Origin: Girardia tigrina
Lineage: Eukaryota
Length of the DNA: 64,000 nucleotides
Assembly: GCA_001938485.1 (NCBI GenBank)
Contig: MQRK01219504.1
Span: 1 to 64,000, forward strand
Direction of reading: 5' to 3'
Position numbers and translations under genes: made by a program. Under the pieces are notes generated by a model. That model was given only the letters and a program-made list of their open reading frames with translations. It was not told the origin of the DNA and did not search any database. The number at the start of each line of letters is the position of its first letter. Position 1 is the first letter of the stretch. Shown one piece after another: positions 39,441-52,958 of this stretch.

Positions 39441-39513
39441 AAATTATTCCCCCGACCCTACCACGGCCCCAGGACTACAGAGTGCAGCAGCCACACTGCT
39501 CACGCTCTCATAT

Positions 39514-39724
39514 CAAGGGCTGCGATGCCATATAATGCCTGGGGCTGCTAGCGCGCTACAATGACAGTACCCGTAAGTTTTTTACCAAGCTAGAAATGGC
39601 TGGGTAACCTGCTGAATCTGTTGAGTCAGGAATAGTTGATTGAAATTATCTAACTTGAATGAAGAATTTCTAGTAAGTGCAAGTCACAAGCTTGCGCTGA
39701 TTACGTTCCTACTCTTTATACACA
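39514..39724 (+). pseudogene. Degenerate 18S rRNA fragment, part 2 (continues from part 1)
   Basis: GATGCC..GGGGCTGC..GCGCGCTACAATG..GGGTAACC..TAGTAAGTGCAAGTCACAAGCTTGCGCTGATTACGT..CTTTATACACA. Confidence 0.93.
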
Positions 39725-40706
39725 TTGATTAAATTTAGTTCATGAATTTTTTATATGGCGAAAATTTTTCTGTATCTCTGTCAGGAACAAGCTGCAGATA
39801 TAATAATCAATTACGCTCAGCTTTGGAATTTTTAATTGCATTTATTGATATGCAATAAAATTAAGAGCAGCATTTCGAAGTAAGTCAACAAAAGCTGTGG
39901 TAGAAACTTGTTACATATTGTTATCCCATTCATGTTTCACTTTTCAAAAAAATAAGCATTTTAATGTAAAGGTTCTTCAATTTCATTTCCCAAAAAGAAA
40001 CCCTTCGGCAATACGAATAACAGATTTATAAATGTTTTTTTTTCAACCAATAGATCTTTATTTGGAATATCAGTTTTCAGTAACTAAATTATTGATTCTG
40101 CAGTTTTTTTATACTATTTTTATAAATTTTTAATAAAAATTATTAATTTTAACCGAACAAAATAGACTCCCTTGCAAATTCATTGAAATACTTTGACGAG
40201 AAAAAAATCTCTATTAAGGCGAATATCAAATATATGTATCTTTCTCGTTCGTTTTGTTACTAAATCTTATTATAATTATAAATCTTTTTATTTACTGAGT
40301 GACAATAGTCACAAACATAGTACAGTTGACAGAACACACTGTTTGTGAGATGTTTTACCTCAAAGATTATCTTTTGTTAGCTGTCAAAATATATCATATG
40401 TCTCCGTTACCTTGTAAAGTACAGAACGATGGAGTAAACATATAATTTTTCAAACGAAAATTGATGGATGCCAATGTTCTGTTTGCGAGAATGACATCAA
40501 TTGCGTTTTATGTATTTTTACTTAATGTTTAAGAAAATCGAAGTAAATTCCTTTTAATTCTACATTTTTTGGTAAAATGTTTCCTTAATTATTGTAAAGT
40601 CTCGTATAATGTTAATTTCATATATGGTGTGAATGTTTACATGTTATCTCTATATGCTTGATCTGCTTTTTATTTTTTGTCTTTAGATTTGTTTATAGAT
40701 TTTACC

Positions 40707-40745
<39 letters not shown>

Positions 40746-42643
40746 ATTATAGGACTATAATCAAAAAATATAAAATAGAAAACTCAAACGAGGTAAACAA
40801 TATTTATCTAAAAATCATAAAAATATCTTTATCAAATGTACAGTTATAAAATAAATTATTTTTTGTTTTGTTTAAATATAAATAACGACAATTGTGAATC
40901 GAAATAGAAATATTTTATTTTAATCTTTTTATTTGAAATAAAATTTCATAAAGAATGTCATTATTATTTATAAAGTTTCAAAATCAATTTGAAGTAATTA
41001 TGATTATTTAAAACTTTAATTTAGAGAAATATTTTTTTTATTTTATTTTATTTTAATAATCTAAAAGATAAATTATGATTTTGTATTAAACTCAATTTAT
41101 TTCATTTGTTTTTTTTAAATATTAATACAATTTTATTAAATTTTTAAAATCTTTTTTATAATATTAATTTAAATTCGAATTTAAAATGAGAATTATATTA
41201 TTTAATTATATATTGTATTGATATTAATGAACGTTTCATAATGGCAGAAACGGATGATGAACGCACTTTTAATTGAATAAATTTTAAATAAAACATTGAA
41301 AATGTGATTTTTACACTTTAATTAATTTAATGCAATTTATTAAATTTAATTTCTCGACAAATAAGGAACCCCGTTTAATAAAGTGTAAGGTTTTTGTGAG
41401 AGCCGTTTATAATTTAAACAGTTAATAAAAATGTTTTAAGATTTTGATATTTTATAATTTTGATATTTTATATTTTTGATATTTTATATATTTTGATGAT
41501 TTTATAAGTCTTAACAGATCATAACAGATCACAGATTATGAATTTCTTTTTTTGCAAAATCTTTTACCAAATGTAATGTAAAATCTTTAAATGCTTCTTT
41601 AATTGTTTCTAGATTACATGAATTCAATTCCTCTATATATTGTCATTATAGTTAAAATAGAAGCAAATCATAAATTGCAGACAGAAAATAATAATTCTCT
41701 TGCAACAGAAATATATTTCAGAAAATATACAGTTTCTGTGAGTCATTATATAGCCAAACATATCATACAAAATTAGCTTTATTGTTCTTTGACTTTCTTC
41801 TATTTAATTTGATGTTGTTCTATACAACTTAAATCTCTAAAGTAAACCTTTCGTATTTCCTAAAACTAAAATATAAAAATGTCATCAAAATGAGATTTAA
41901 ATTATTTTAAAAACTTCTTTACTTAAGGGTTTTTCCATCATCAACTTTATACACATGGTTGAACAATAAAATATTAAAAATCTATTAAATAAATTAAAAA
42001 AAAAGTTGATTCCAAAAAAATGTAAAACTAAATTTTTTTAAACATTTAGTGTTTATTAAACTTTCTACCAACTGAATTAAATTTAGATTGTTAAGATACA
42101 ATCTCCAATATATAAATTTAACGTTTTGAAGCAATTTCATCATTAAAATTAATAACGATGGGTCGACAAAAATTAAATATCTACAAATATTTGAAGTGCA
42201 TATATATTAAAACGTTGCAGAAACTTTTTTAAAATAATATTACATATTATTTATTTTTGAGTTTCACAATTACACAATAAATAAATAAATTCAGGTTTCA
42301 AAAAAAGTAAAATAAAATATTAAAATTAAATCAAATTGTAAAAATAAATTATAAAACATAACTAAAAAGATCTTTTCAGTTAAAGAACGTGTATTTATAT
42401 TCTTTGATTTCTAATAAGAATAATAATTAAAATTATAATAATTATGAATTGAATATCGTGACTTTTGTTTTAATTTAACAAAAAATTGCAGAAATATAAA
42501 TTATTATTTTCTTCTCAATTTGTAATTAAAAGAAAAATAATAAATCTTTAATATTTTGTAAATATTAATTTATATATTATTCACACAAATTATATAAAGC
42601 TATTATTAATTATTATTATTTCATTGAACCCTTTTTAAAAATA

Positions 42644-43727
42644 TTAGGTTGATGCAAATTTATTTTTTAAGCACATTTAATGAAAAATTTTAGAATAAAT
42701 ACAAAAGGCTTATATTTGCAGTAATCTCGTCAACATTTATCATCTTTTATCAGGAAACTTTTGGATGCCATTCTTGAAAACGTTCTATGGGTTTCATGAA
42801 AGTTATCAATGATATTCGTCCCATCATCTCCATTCTTAAAGTGCTTTCTAGCAAGAAAAACGTTGAAGTATTAACATAAGGGCGAGCATTGCCACGAAGA
42901 AGATAATCTTTCTAGCACTCTGACGAATTTGAGGATGCAATTCTTTGATTTTATCGCTCATTTGGAATAATTGTTCTCTCTAGCACTTATCTGTAACTAT
43001 TTTCTCTCGTTTGAGCTAATCATAGTATAGAACTCCCGTTACATCCACCAATATGCAAAGTAGCATCTACCTCCTATGAATATTCGGTTTAAAATTTCAG
43101 GTTGTTTCTTGGCCAGTTTCCATCCATGATTTTTGCGCTCTGGATTCTCGTAATGTACCCATAACTCGACAACAGTTACGATTCACCAAAAAAACAATTT
43201 TCGCTTAAACTCAAACTTTGAGCAATATTTGCTAGAGATATCTAATGTGGCACCCATCTTCCAACTTTAAGGATTTAACCCATGAAATCTTCTTAAAACA
43301 GTGGTTAGAATTCTAAGTTGTATAACCAGTTCAAATATGGTCTGGCCAGTATCCTCTTCCATCAAGACTTATAATTCACTGTCCTCCATTTATTTGAGTC
43401 TGCCACTTCTCTCTTTATTCTCAAGCAAATACTCAACATTTCTTAACTTCTAGAAGTTTGATTGTCATAACGGCCAAATCACCAGTTTTATACGATTAAA
43501 AGGGTGAAGTCTTTCTTTCTGCAGCATTTTTCCAAACATGTCTGACATGAAACTTGTTGACCACCATTATTAGACGTATTTAGAAAACGAAATTAGCAAA
43601 GAAGGGGTTTTATTGAAAATGTAGATAGAAACATAGATCAAAATATATATTGAAAATATAGAAATACGTATGAATAGCTATCAACCTAATATTAAGTAAT
43701 GCCCAAAAACTTTTGTATTAAACTAAT
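42644..43727 (-). mobile_element. Heavily decayed mariner
   Basis: TA|TTAGGTTGATGCAAA end. Remnants of RSGR, RWVPH, IHRR.MLL.I.VDVTG and FFKNGI.K on the minus strand. Confidence 0.7.
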
Positions 43728-44466
43728 ATAAAAATATGATTATTAAATTTGCATTATTTATTTATTTATTTATTTTTTGCAACATTAATCTTCTTTGAAT
43801 GAAATTTGATTTACTATTCCCAAATTAACAATAACGATACCATTTTAGAATTATATTTTTAATATAAAGATTTTTATAATTTATTTTATATTTACGAATG
43901 TAAAAAAGGTATTTATCAAAAACATTTTAATGATTTTTTTTAAGAAAGTCGTAATATTATCTATTTTTATCACAATTTTCTTTTAATATTCAGGGTAGAG
44001 TTTCAAAGAAATTTCGAGAATTTAAATAATTATTCTTGATAAAAAAATTCAACATTTTACTGTGAAATAATCAACATAATATTATGCATAAAATTTTTCC
44101 GTCTGGTCGAAATTTCTTTCTATTTTATTTTTTGAAATTTATTTCTCAATTGCCAAAAATCCTTTGAAAAAAAATTTCGAAAATATATTTTCTAATAGTT
44201 TAAAGAAATAAAATTGAAATTTCCATAGATTATTTATTTTTTTGATTAATAAATTTTTAATGAAATTTTATTTTTCAGGAAGAGAAAATTATTAATTTCT
44301 TTTAAAATATTTTTAAATAAAAAAAATTCTTCCAAAAAAACGGAAGAAATGTTTGAAAAATTGATTTTTGTTCTTAGAGGAAAACAGAACGTTATGTTTT
44401 AAAGATCGATAAATATAAAAAAAATATTTTTGATGAAAAAAAGAAAAACTTTTTTTTTGTATTAAG

Positions 44467-44646
44467 ACTACTTCAATTATCCACTCGATCATTGTGGAAG
44501 TAACATTCGTGCCCAGAAAACGGTAACATACATTCAAGCATTAGCAGATATGCTCGTCTGCCCAAATACCAATTTTCCTATTAGCATTGGTTTATTTAGT
44601 CGAGTCGGTGCGGGAATCAGGACTACTCATCTCGAAAAACTATCAG
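44467..44646 (+). CDS. Coding exon (180 nt, phase 1-1): start of a KAP-family P-loop NTPase domain, Kidins220/NKPD1-like
   Basis: Acceptor tttttgtattaag| and donor |gtttga. YIQALADMLVCPNTNFPISIGLFSRVGAGIRTTHLEKL aligns with the Kidins220-type [34 protein letters not shown]. Confidence 0.75.
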
Positions 44647-44880
44647 GTTTGATTAGAAAATTATTTTTTTCAATTGTTTTTATATAAATTTTATTTTTTG
44701 CTATTTTTTGTTTAAACGATTTTATTTCTTTTATAGCATGTTTTTGATCCTAGATCTAAACAATTTCAAAATAAAAATAATTAAAACCACAGGTTTTAAT
44801 TAAAACAGTCAGTTTCCTAGGCGACAACTGTGTAATGTTACCTTTAACCCTAATCCAACTGGGAATTGTCTTTTCATATA

Positions 44881-46140
44881 TTAGGTTGGTCGAAGAATAA
44901 TGGCGGTTTTGGGACACAAACTTCAAAAACGTGCAAATTCAAAGTGCAAATAATCAAAGTATGAACCGTTGGCATCAATACATTTTTGCCAACGAGAAAC
45001 AAGTTGTTTTATTCCATCAGTATAAAATGCTTCGGTTCTCGAAGCGACGAATTCTTGGAAGGCATTTTGAGCATCATTTTGGTTTTTGAAAATTTTTTCA
45101 CATAGGAAGTTGTACAAATGCCTGAAAAAGTAGAAGTCCGTTGGCGAGAGGTCTGGTGAATATGGTGGATGAGGCAAGATTTCATTAAGCTTTTGAAGAG
45201 TCACTTTTGAAATATGAGGTCTAGCGTTATCAGGAAGAAGGATGAGACTTTTTCGATTGACCAATCCCGGACAAAGAGTTTTCAATTTCTTATGCATTTC
45301 ATCAATTTCATGACAGTACCTCTGCGCTGTCATTGTTTCACCTGGATTCAAGAAACTATAGTGGATGATTCCAGCATCACACCACCAAACTGTCACCATA
45401 ACCTTACGGGGTGTTAGTTTCGGTTTTGGAAAGTGTTTCGGTANNNNNNNNNNNNNNNNNNNNNNNNNNNNNNNNNNNNNNNNNNNNNNNNNNCATTTCT
45501 CATCACAGGTAACAATACGATCAAGAAATGGATCGTTTTTATTGCGAAGATGATTGGCAGAACAAATTTCATATCGTCGGTTCTTTTGATTTTCATTCAA
45601 ATCATGTGGAACTCATATATCAAGTTTCTTGATTTTTCAAGTTGTTTTAAATGATCCAGGACTGTTGAATGACTAATGCCCAACCAATCTGCAAGTTCTC
45701 TGATTGTTGTACGGGGATCTGTTTCCACGATTGTCCTCAAATTGTCGTTGTTCATAGCAACTGGACGACCACGACCTTCTTCATCTTCAAGGTTTTCATC
45801 TCCATCAGAAAATTTTCGGAACCATCGTTGCACTGTGCGCTCAGAAGCTATTCCCTTGACAAAAGCTTTATTGATATTGCGAGCCGTTTCTGCTGCTTTA
45901 CGACCCAGTTTAAATTCGTACAAGAAAATTGATCGAATTTTAATTTTTTCCATTATTAATTTAGCACCGTAATATTCTAAAAAATAACAGCAATATGTTA
46001 ATAATGGCTATAGGAATATATAGCTAGGCATAAGATTTCAGATAATATCTAACACTAATGCATTTAAACTTATATACATATCAAAGTAGATAAACAAAGT
46101 ATAAAGCTCAAAAACCGCCATTATTTTTCGACCAACCTAA
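44881..46140 (-). mobile_element. Full-length mariner (cecropia/Hsmar1-like), frameshifted
   Basis: TIRs TTAGGTTGGTCGAA(G/A)AATAATGGCGGTTTT, TA duplication. ORFs 45953-45597 and 45600-44923 with TCDEK, DNARPH, YSPDLSPTD. Confidence 0.97.
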
Positions 46141-46978
46141 TATTTCAAGTTAAAAATAATGACCTATACTTAACATAGTTATTGAATCATGAAACATATT
46201 TATATTTCACTATTTTAGTGACCTAAAGTCGCTGGAGTCTGGTGTCTTGTCTGATCACTTTTATTTATATCGAAAATATGCATATTTTGTATATATATAT
46301 ACATGATTATATATATACGTGAATGAAAGTATATATATAATTTATTTTTGTATGAAATCGGTCAATCATGGTGTTGGGATTGTCTTGGAGTATGTGATGT
46401 ATATTTTTATTTTATTGAAAAAAATCCAAAGAAAACAAGAAGCAATATCAAAATTATTATTGCTAAGATAAATTTTAAAAATCTATAGTTAATAATTTGT
46501 TATACAACTGAATATCAAGGATTATAATTATTTCGTGTAACTATCTGCAATCCATTTTTACGACAAACGATTTTGGATTATTCTATTCGGCTTATGCGGT
46601 TCATTTTAACTCTAAGAAGAAAATAAAAAAAAGAAAAACAACAATCATCATAATTTATATTACCTTATTTTTCTATTTGGAGATCTGAATTATTCTGATT
46701 TGGTTGACAACTTAGGACTTAACAATTAAATAATTGTTTAACTGCCTTTCATAAAAAAAGAACTTATTCTTCATTTTTATTGTGATATCAAGTTCTTATT
46801 TTATCTTATTTCCTTTTGTTAGATTGTTGATATTTATATATTGAAATATTATCAATTGCTTATTTATTTATTTTATTTTACACAACCATATAGAGTAGTT
46901 TTATTTATATCTAAGACCCGGCTTATTAGTCAAACTACTTTTACAACTATTTGTTACTTAGTGTTTGGTATCTATATA

Positions 46979-47230
46979 CCCAGGTTGCCTGGGTGAGGGA
47001 GTCTGTTTGGTCGTTAATCATCCATTAATGGGACAGGACGGAAAAAAACAAAACCTGACCAAAGGCGGATGAGCCCTTTGGAACAAAGGGTCATCCATAG
47101 CTGGAGAGGAGATAGGTGCCACCAGGATACTTGCCTAATTATATACCCAAAAATATGCAAAAACCAGGCCACAAAAGGCTTGTGCATAATTGGGTGCACC
47201 CACGGCCTAACGTGCTAAGGCACCAAAAAA
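46979..47230 (+). mobile_element. SINE-like element sharing its 3' end with the RTE LINE at 56935-57848
   Basis: AAGGCTTGTGCATAATTGGGTGCACCCACGGCCTAACGTGCTAAGG versus the LINE 3' end AAGGCTTGTTTATAATGGGGTGCACCCACGGCCCAACGGCTAAGG. Confidence 0.7.
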
Positions 47231-47569
47231 TGCATTACTATATGTAATCAAAGTTATAATAATGTCAATGTAAATTTGATCTTAACACATATCTCTGATA
47301 CAATGTTCTAAAATGTATTTATTTTGTGCATAAATAATTTTAAATTTTAATTTCGACCCAGTTTATCATTATTTATTTTTTCTCGACTTTTTAAGTTGTG
47401 CAACAGTAGTTGAAAATTGATTGAATATATTTTTTTATCCGTGGGTTTTTCTTTAAATTAATAAAGTAATTAATATTAGATTTTAATAATATTAGACTTG
47501 ATATTTATAAATAAAGTAAATATTATAATAAAATCACCGTTAGTATTGTAAAGTTATACAGGTTACTAA

Positions 47570-48625
47570 CAGAGGAAGAGATGCAAAAGGCTATAGAGGA
47601 AAGTAGTACCAGTTAAAATGAATATGAAGAGTTTGATGAGAATGATGTTCAAAATAAAGATCTTGAATTTTCTGACAGGAAAAAGAATTCTTAAATTCTG
47701 AATTAATCAGAAGATGAACATATTTTCATCGACAAAGAAACAATAACTGACGAAAATGAAGAAGAATCCGAAATATAAATTTGAAATGACAGAAGGAAAA
47801 TCATTTGTAAAAAATATTGATCGTATATGGATTCGTAATATAATCAGAGAAAATATAAATAAAATGAAGTTACCACCGGGACAATAATCAAAATGATAAA
47901 TGGAAGATTACAAATGTGATTAAAATAGAGAACTTTCGCAAGATATCACAATCGAAAACTATTTTACAAATTTAGCGTTCAAAGAGCCTAACGTGAATTG
48001 GAACACATAGTAAAAATAAAGCTTGCATTCCGAAATTGTTTCTTTCAAATAAAAGAATAAGGATGTAGAATCAAGCGTTTTTGATTTTCGTAAAAACACA
48101 ACAATATTTACATTTTTACAGAAGAAGACCTTGTAATGAATGAAAGTAATAACATTAAACCTTCTATAGCTGAAGGGTACAGTGACACAAAGGTTGAGTC
48201 GATACATTAGATGGACATAAATATTCAAATTCTGATTAGTGAAAATTAAATAGATGACCGATGGCTCAATTTTTCAATTACCTTGTGGTTTAGCAGCACT
48301 TGGCATAGATTTGGCAAAGTCTATATTCATATTGGAACCAGAAAAGAATTATTATACAACAAAAGCTGTTTTTGAAAGAGTTGACCCTTAAGTTTGTTGT
48401 TCTACAAATAAAATGTCGAAGTACTTCGAAGCTGACACAGGATACAAATGCAACTATTTACTGAGTTTTAGGAAATATGTTTCCGGTGCTTGATCCTGTT
48501 TCATACACTGAAGCATTAGTTCGACACAGATGCCACATGTGTTCCAGCAAAGATAGTTACATCACAGATTTGCGGTACGTAACATCGAAATATTCGCAGC
48601 ATTTTGTATGTAAATATTGTAAAAA
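47570..48625 (+). mobile_element. Decayed piggyBac transposase
   Basis: Acidic N-terminus; DITIENYFTN, IGT.SKNK..IP, SSVFDF, KP.I..Y..TK.GVD, R.PM, and a C-terminal RCHMC...HFVCKYC zinc ribbon. Confidence 0.75.
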
Positions 48626-48840
48626 AAGGGTAAAAATGAAATGGTAACAATTAACCTGACTTACTTAAATGTATATTTTGTTTTTCTTTTGTCAATAAAT
48701 AAATCCTAAATTTTATACTGTTCTGATATTACTTTTAATATGTGTACAAAAGACATTAACTCATTGAAGTTATTCACTTATTAATAGAGAAATATTTATA
48801 TAGAGGAACAGTTAATGGCTTTTTAAAAAAACAAAAAATT

Positions 48841-49270
48841 TTCGTCAAAATATATTGCTATTAATTTCGACGGATCAACCGTCATCATCAGACTGAATTA
48901 ACAATGATATACTCGCGTTTATATATCAATGTTTATGTAATCATTATTTTATTTATAAAATATAAAAATACTTTCGATAAAGTTGAAGAGGATGGTGTTT
49001 GGACATTGATTTTAGGATCAAAAGATTTGATCAACAATGCTTCACATATAATCTTCTCCCAGGAAAATTCCTTGTCGTCATTTTTTTAATAATTTATATT
49101 AATGGCTTTTGTTGTTCGATTTGACCATCTAACGCTGAAAGTCTCTGTCAAATTAGTATTGGATCTGTTTACCGGGCTCAATGATCAAAATGTACGGCGA
49201 AAACGAATGAAAATAATTTGTTACCATAATTTTGTTACTTTAAAATCAGATTTCACAAAATCTGTTTTCA
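48841..49270 (-). mobile_element. Penelope-like 3' end: GIY-YIG C-terminus plus hammerhead motif (48862-48891)
   Basis: KEFSWEKIICEALLIKSFDPKINVQ followed by CTGATGA-T-GACGG-ttgat-CCGTC-GAAA-TTAATA. Confidence 0.75.
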
Positions 49271-49773
49271 AATGAATGGTAAAATGTTTTGGATTACTCA
49301 TTTGATAAAACAATCTTAAGTTAAATACAAATATTCTAATAAATATTAAAAATTAATGACATTTAATTAAGAGTTTATTCAAAATAAAATAAAATATTTT
49401 AAAAAATACAAATTAATATATAAATATTTGAAAATAGTTGATTTTTATCATTTAAATAGTTTTTAATTTAAAAACGAATTATAAAATAAATAAAATACAA
49501 AATTTCGAAAATAATAAATTTAAATATATATTTATTACAATTATTTTGATATTATTGGGTTCTGCAAGAAAAATTTATAATCGTTCCACAGAAATTTACT
49601 TGGGCAAAACTTTTTTAAATATTATGTTTATTGTTGTTATTAAAAAAAATTTAAAAACAATATCTTTATCTGAATTCTCATCAGAATATATTCCCGAACC
49701 TAACATATATATATATATATATANNNNNNNNNNNNNNNNNNNNNNNNNNNNNNNNNNNNNNNNNNNNNNNNNN

Positions 49774-49808
<35 letters not shown>

Positions 49809-49949
49809 GATTATGTAGAAGATTCTTTTTTGCGATTTGAAATGAGGAATAATTGACAAACTGCAAGTAATTTATAAAGTTTTTTTCAACAAAATAGAGA
49901 TATAACTTTAAGAATCAGGAAAAAGATAAAAAAGATTGTTTCATTCTTA

Positions 49950-50410
49950 TCATCATTCAAGAACTTACATTTTACAACTATTCTCAGCTCAAAACATCAT
50001 CATGCCTCATTTTGTGGAAGTGAAAACAAAACTTTATGAAACAAATCAACATCCGGAAGCAGGATACAGAAATATGTTTATGGTACGTTCTTCAAAGGAT
50101 TTTGTGCAATGCAAATTATTTGGTCAGTGGTCATTTAAGATATGAAAACTTACATTTCACATTCTGTTCAAATGAATGCCTCTGATCATTCAGTTAACAT
50201 CTATGCTTTGTATAAGTACAATCTTGTAATTAAAACTTTAGATTGAAAAGAATAAGTAGACTCGCTAGTCACAACAACGGATCCAGTTATTCATATCTGT
50301 ATTCAGGATTTCCAGTGATAAATTGAAGAGTTTTTCGACCTTTATTTTCAAAATGGAAACAATCTGCAGAAGAAATCTGTGAATTGGTAATGGTCAAACT
50401 ATAAAAAAGC
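49950..50410 (+). mobile_element. Possible IS3EU-like integrase-core transposase remnant
   Basis: HPEAGYRNM...SS...VQ and F.PVIN...WNN-like pieces; very decayed. Confidence 0.3.
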
Positions 50411-51669
50411 AATGTCTGTTTTCTAAAAGTTACATTTTTCTAAAGTATTTGGGTTCTTTTATTTTTATTTACTCCTTAGACTAGTGAATTTCTAAAAACT
50501 TCGGTAAACAAACTTCAACCACCACAATTTGTTTTTTAATCTTAAAATCGGTAGTCAAAATAATTAGCACTGTAAAATAATAATAATTATTATTATTATG
50601 AAAAATGAATGTATAATTGAATGTTTTATTCAAAATTTTTCAGATCTTTTTCTAAGATATCATTTATTTATTTTAATGAATATGTAGAGAATCGTTTTAT
50701 TTTCTTTACAAAACCAAAATTTTTATATGTTTTTTGACAGAAAATATTCAAATAAATGATTTTATATGATGTTATATAATATTAGATCAATGTAAATTAT
50801 AAAATAAGAGGGAAACATTTATCAAGATGAAGTCTTTATAATTTGCCCTTACATCTTTATTTAAAAAAAACAAAAGCATTACAATAAACTTTACAAATAA
50901 AACAATAAAATACATTGAAACATCAAAGAAATTCAGCTTCATTCGACATTGACGAAACGTTTATCAACTTAAAAAAATAAAATAAAAAAAATAAAGTTTT
51001 CCCGAAGGACATGTGAATAAATTTCCTAATTTAAAAGAATCTTATATATTTTATTATTATGAATCTTTATTTATCAAATATTACAAATTTATAGTTTTTA
51101 TTAAAATGAATTTTAATTCAATTTTCAAAACATGATTTGATTTTATAGACTTAAAAGAATTTCCTCTTTATTTATTTTGTTTCGAATATGCTTGAAAATT
51201 AATTTACAAGAAAAAGAAGGTAAAAGAAACAACGATTTTTTCTGTCTGAAGAAGAGTCTCATAGAACCGGAATTTTATTTATCATTTTTATTTGTTATCT
51301 TCAACAAATTAATTTTCTTATTTTAACAAAAAAACACTTAAAACGAATCAAAATAAAATCTCATCTTTTGATAGTTTGTTTTATTTGCATGTTTCGTTTT
51401 TATACCTTTATTTTGATGTCTTACTGAATTCACAGGAAGCTTGAGACGTGATTTTTGTTATCATTTTTTTAAATAAATGAGTATAAAATATGAACCAATT
51501 GCACGATTTGAATAAAATAAAAATTTTTCTATAATGTCATTCTAGTTTAATAATAATGTAACAATAAAAAATTTGAAATTTATAAATAAATAAAAATTTA
51601 ATTCAATTTGAAAACAATTTGTATTAGTTCAAACCTTACCGATCCGCTTGTATGTTTTTAAACAGTAGT

Positions 51670-52250
51670 TAGTACGGTGTAACATCTCATTTCGCTTCAA
51701 TAACGCTTTTTATACGTTTCTTCATAGTAACTATAAGATTAGAACATGTTTAACTACTTATACTGGTTCATGTGCTAGATAATCTTTCAATCAACTCGTC
51801 ATTAGATTTTGGTCAATTTGCTTTTAATTTTGACTTCATAATAGCCCACAAATTTTATATGGGGCTTATACCTGCACTTGATGAATGTCAATCTACTACA
51901 GAGATGTTATTATTTTTGAACCAACACTTGCATTATTTTGCAGTGTTGCAATTGGTTCCATCCTGTTGAAAAATATAATTTTGTAAATTGTGATCTGATT
52001 ACGTAATCGGTAAAAGATTTGACTCAAACGTTTTTGATAATGGAGAGAGTTTACAATATCATCGACGATATGTAAATTTTCAACACTTTTGGCGGTCATA
52101 AAGCCACAAACCACAACTGATTCTGGAAATTTAATCTTTCTCATCAGGCACTATGAATTGAATGATTCTTCAGAATTCCGCTGTATGTAAGTACCGCCAT
52201 TTGATAGGCTGATTTAAAATCTATATTCATCATGTAAAAATAACAAATTC
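51670..52250 (-). mobile_element. Decayed Tc1 (DD34E) transposase
   Basis: KFPESVVV.G, FQQDG..C.TAK, SAGISPI.NLWAIMK, M.KRI.SVI.AK...T.Y. Confidence 0.8.
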
Positions 52251-52958
52251 GTTCCCAAATTCGCCAGGACTCAAATTTGTTATCTTTACTATTATAAAAA
52301 ATAACTCATTAACTAGGCTAACCAAATTATTTATTGTTTGGTGAGCCTGTTTAGAAGAGTTTTGATAAAAATAATATCAATAAACTAATAAAATACGAAA
52401 CTTTGATTAACAGTAACTTTTAATTCTGATAACAACTATTTGTACGAAAATTTAAAATTACTAGTTAGTTGGAATTGGGATTAGGCTTGTAAATTCGGAA
52501 TGTATTTTAATGATTTGGTCCTATAAATCAGAGTTTCGTTAGTTGGTTTCAAAAATGAAATATCAGTTCGTTAATCGGTCTCAAAAATTGAATATCACGT
52601 TGTTAGTAGTTTCGTTAAATGGATTCGGAAAAAGAAATATCACTTTTTCAATTGGTTTAAAAAATGTGAGATATCACGATTTCGTCAAAACAGCCGTTAA
52701 ATTAATTTCATTAATTTCTGAATCATAAATATTTTTACAAAAACACATCACAAAATATAACCTTCAGCCATTGTATCGAGGACAATGTTTTATGTATTTT
52801 TGCTCCTTTTAATCTCGATATTTTTTACTGTTTTGTTAAAATTGATTTTCGTTTAGTCTAGACAACAAATAATAGATTAAAATAAATTATAAATAAAATT
52901 TAACCCAACCTTATAATATTTATAACACTTTTTACGGATTCGTCTTTTACATGTAATA

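Noticed and set aside
38667-39513. Group I intron in 18S
   Set aside because: No recognisable P7/core elements; the insert is ACSL-derived and the flanking 18S is a decayed copy.
49546-49866. ORFs through (TA)n tracts or N gaps (also 1188, 4052, 16879, 40658, 56203)
   Set aside because: Artefacts of microsatellites and unresolved bases.
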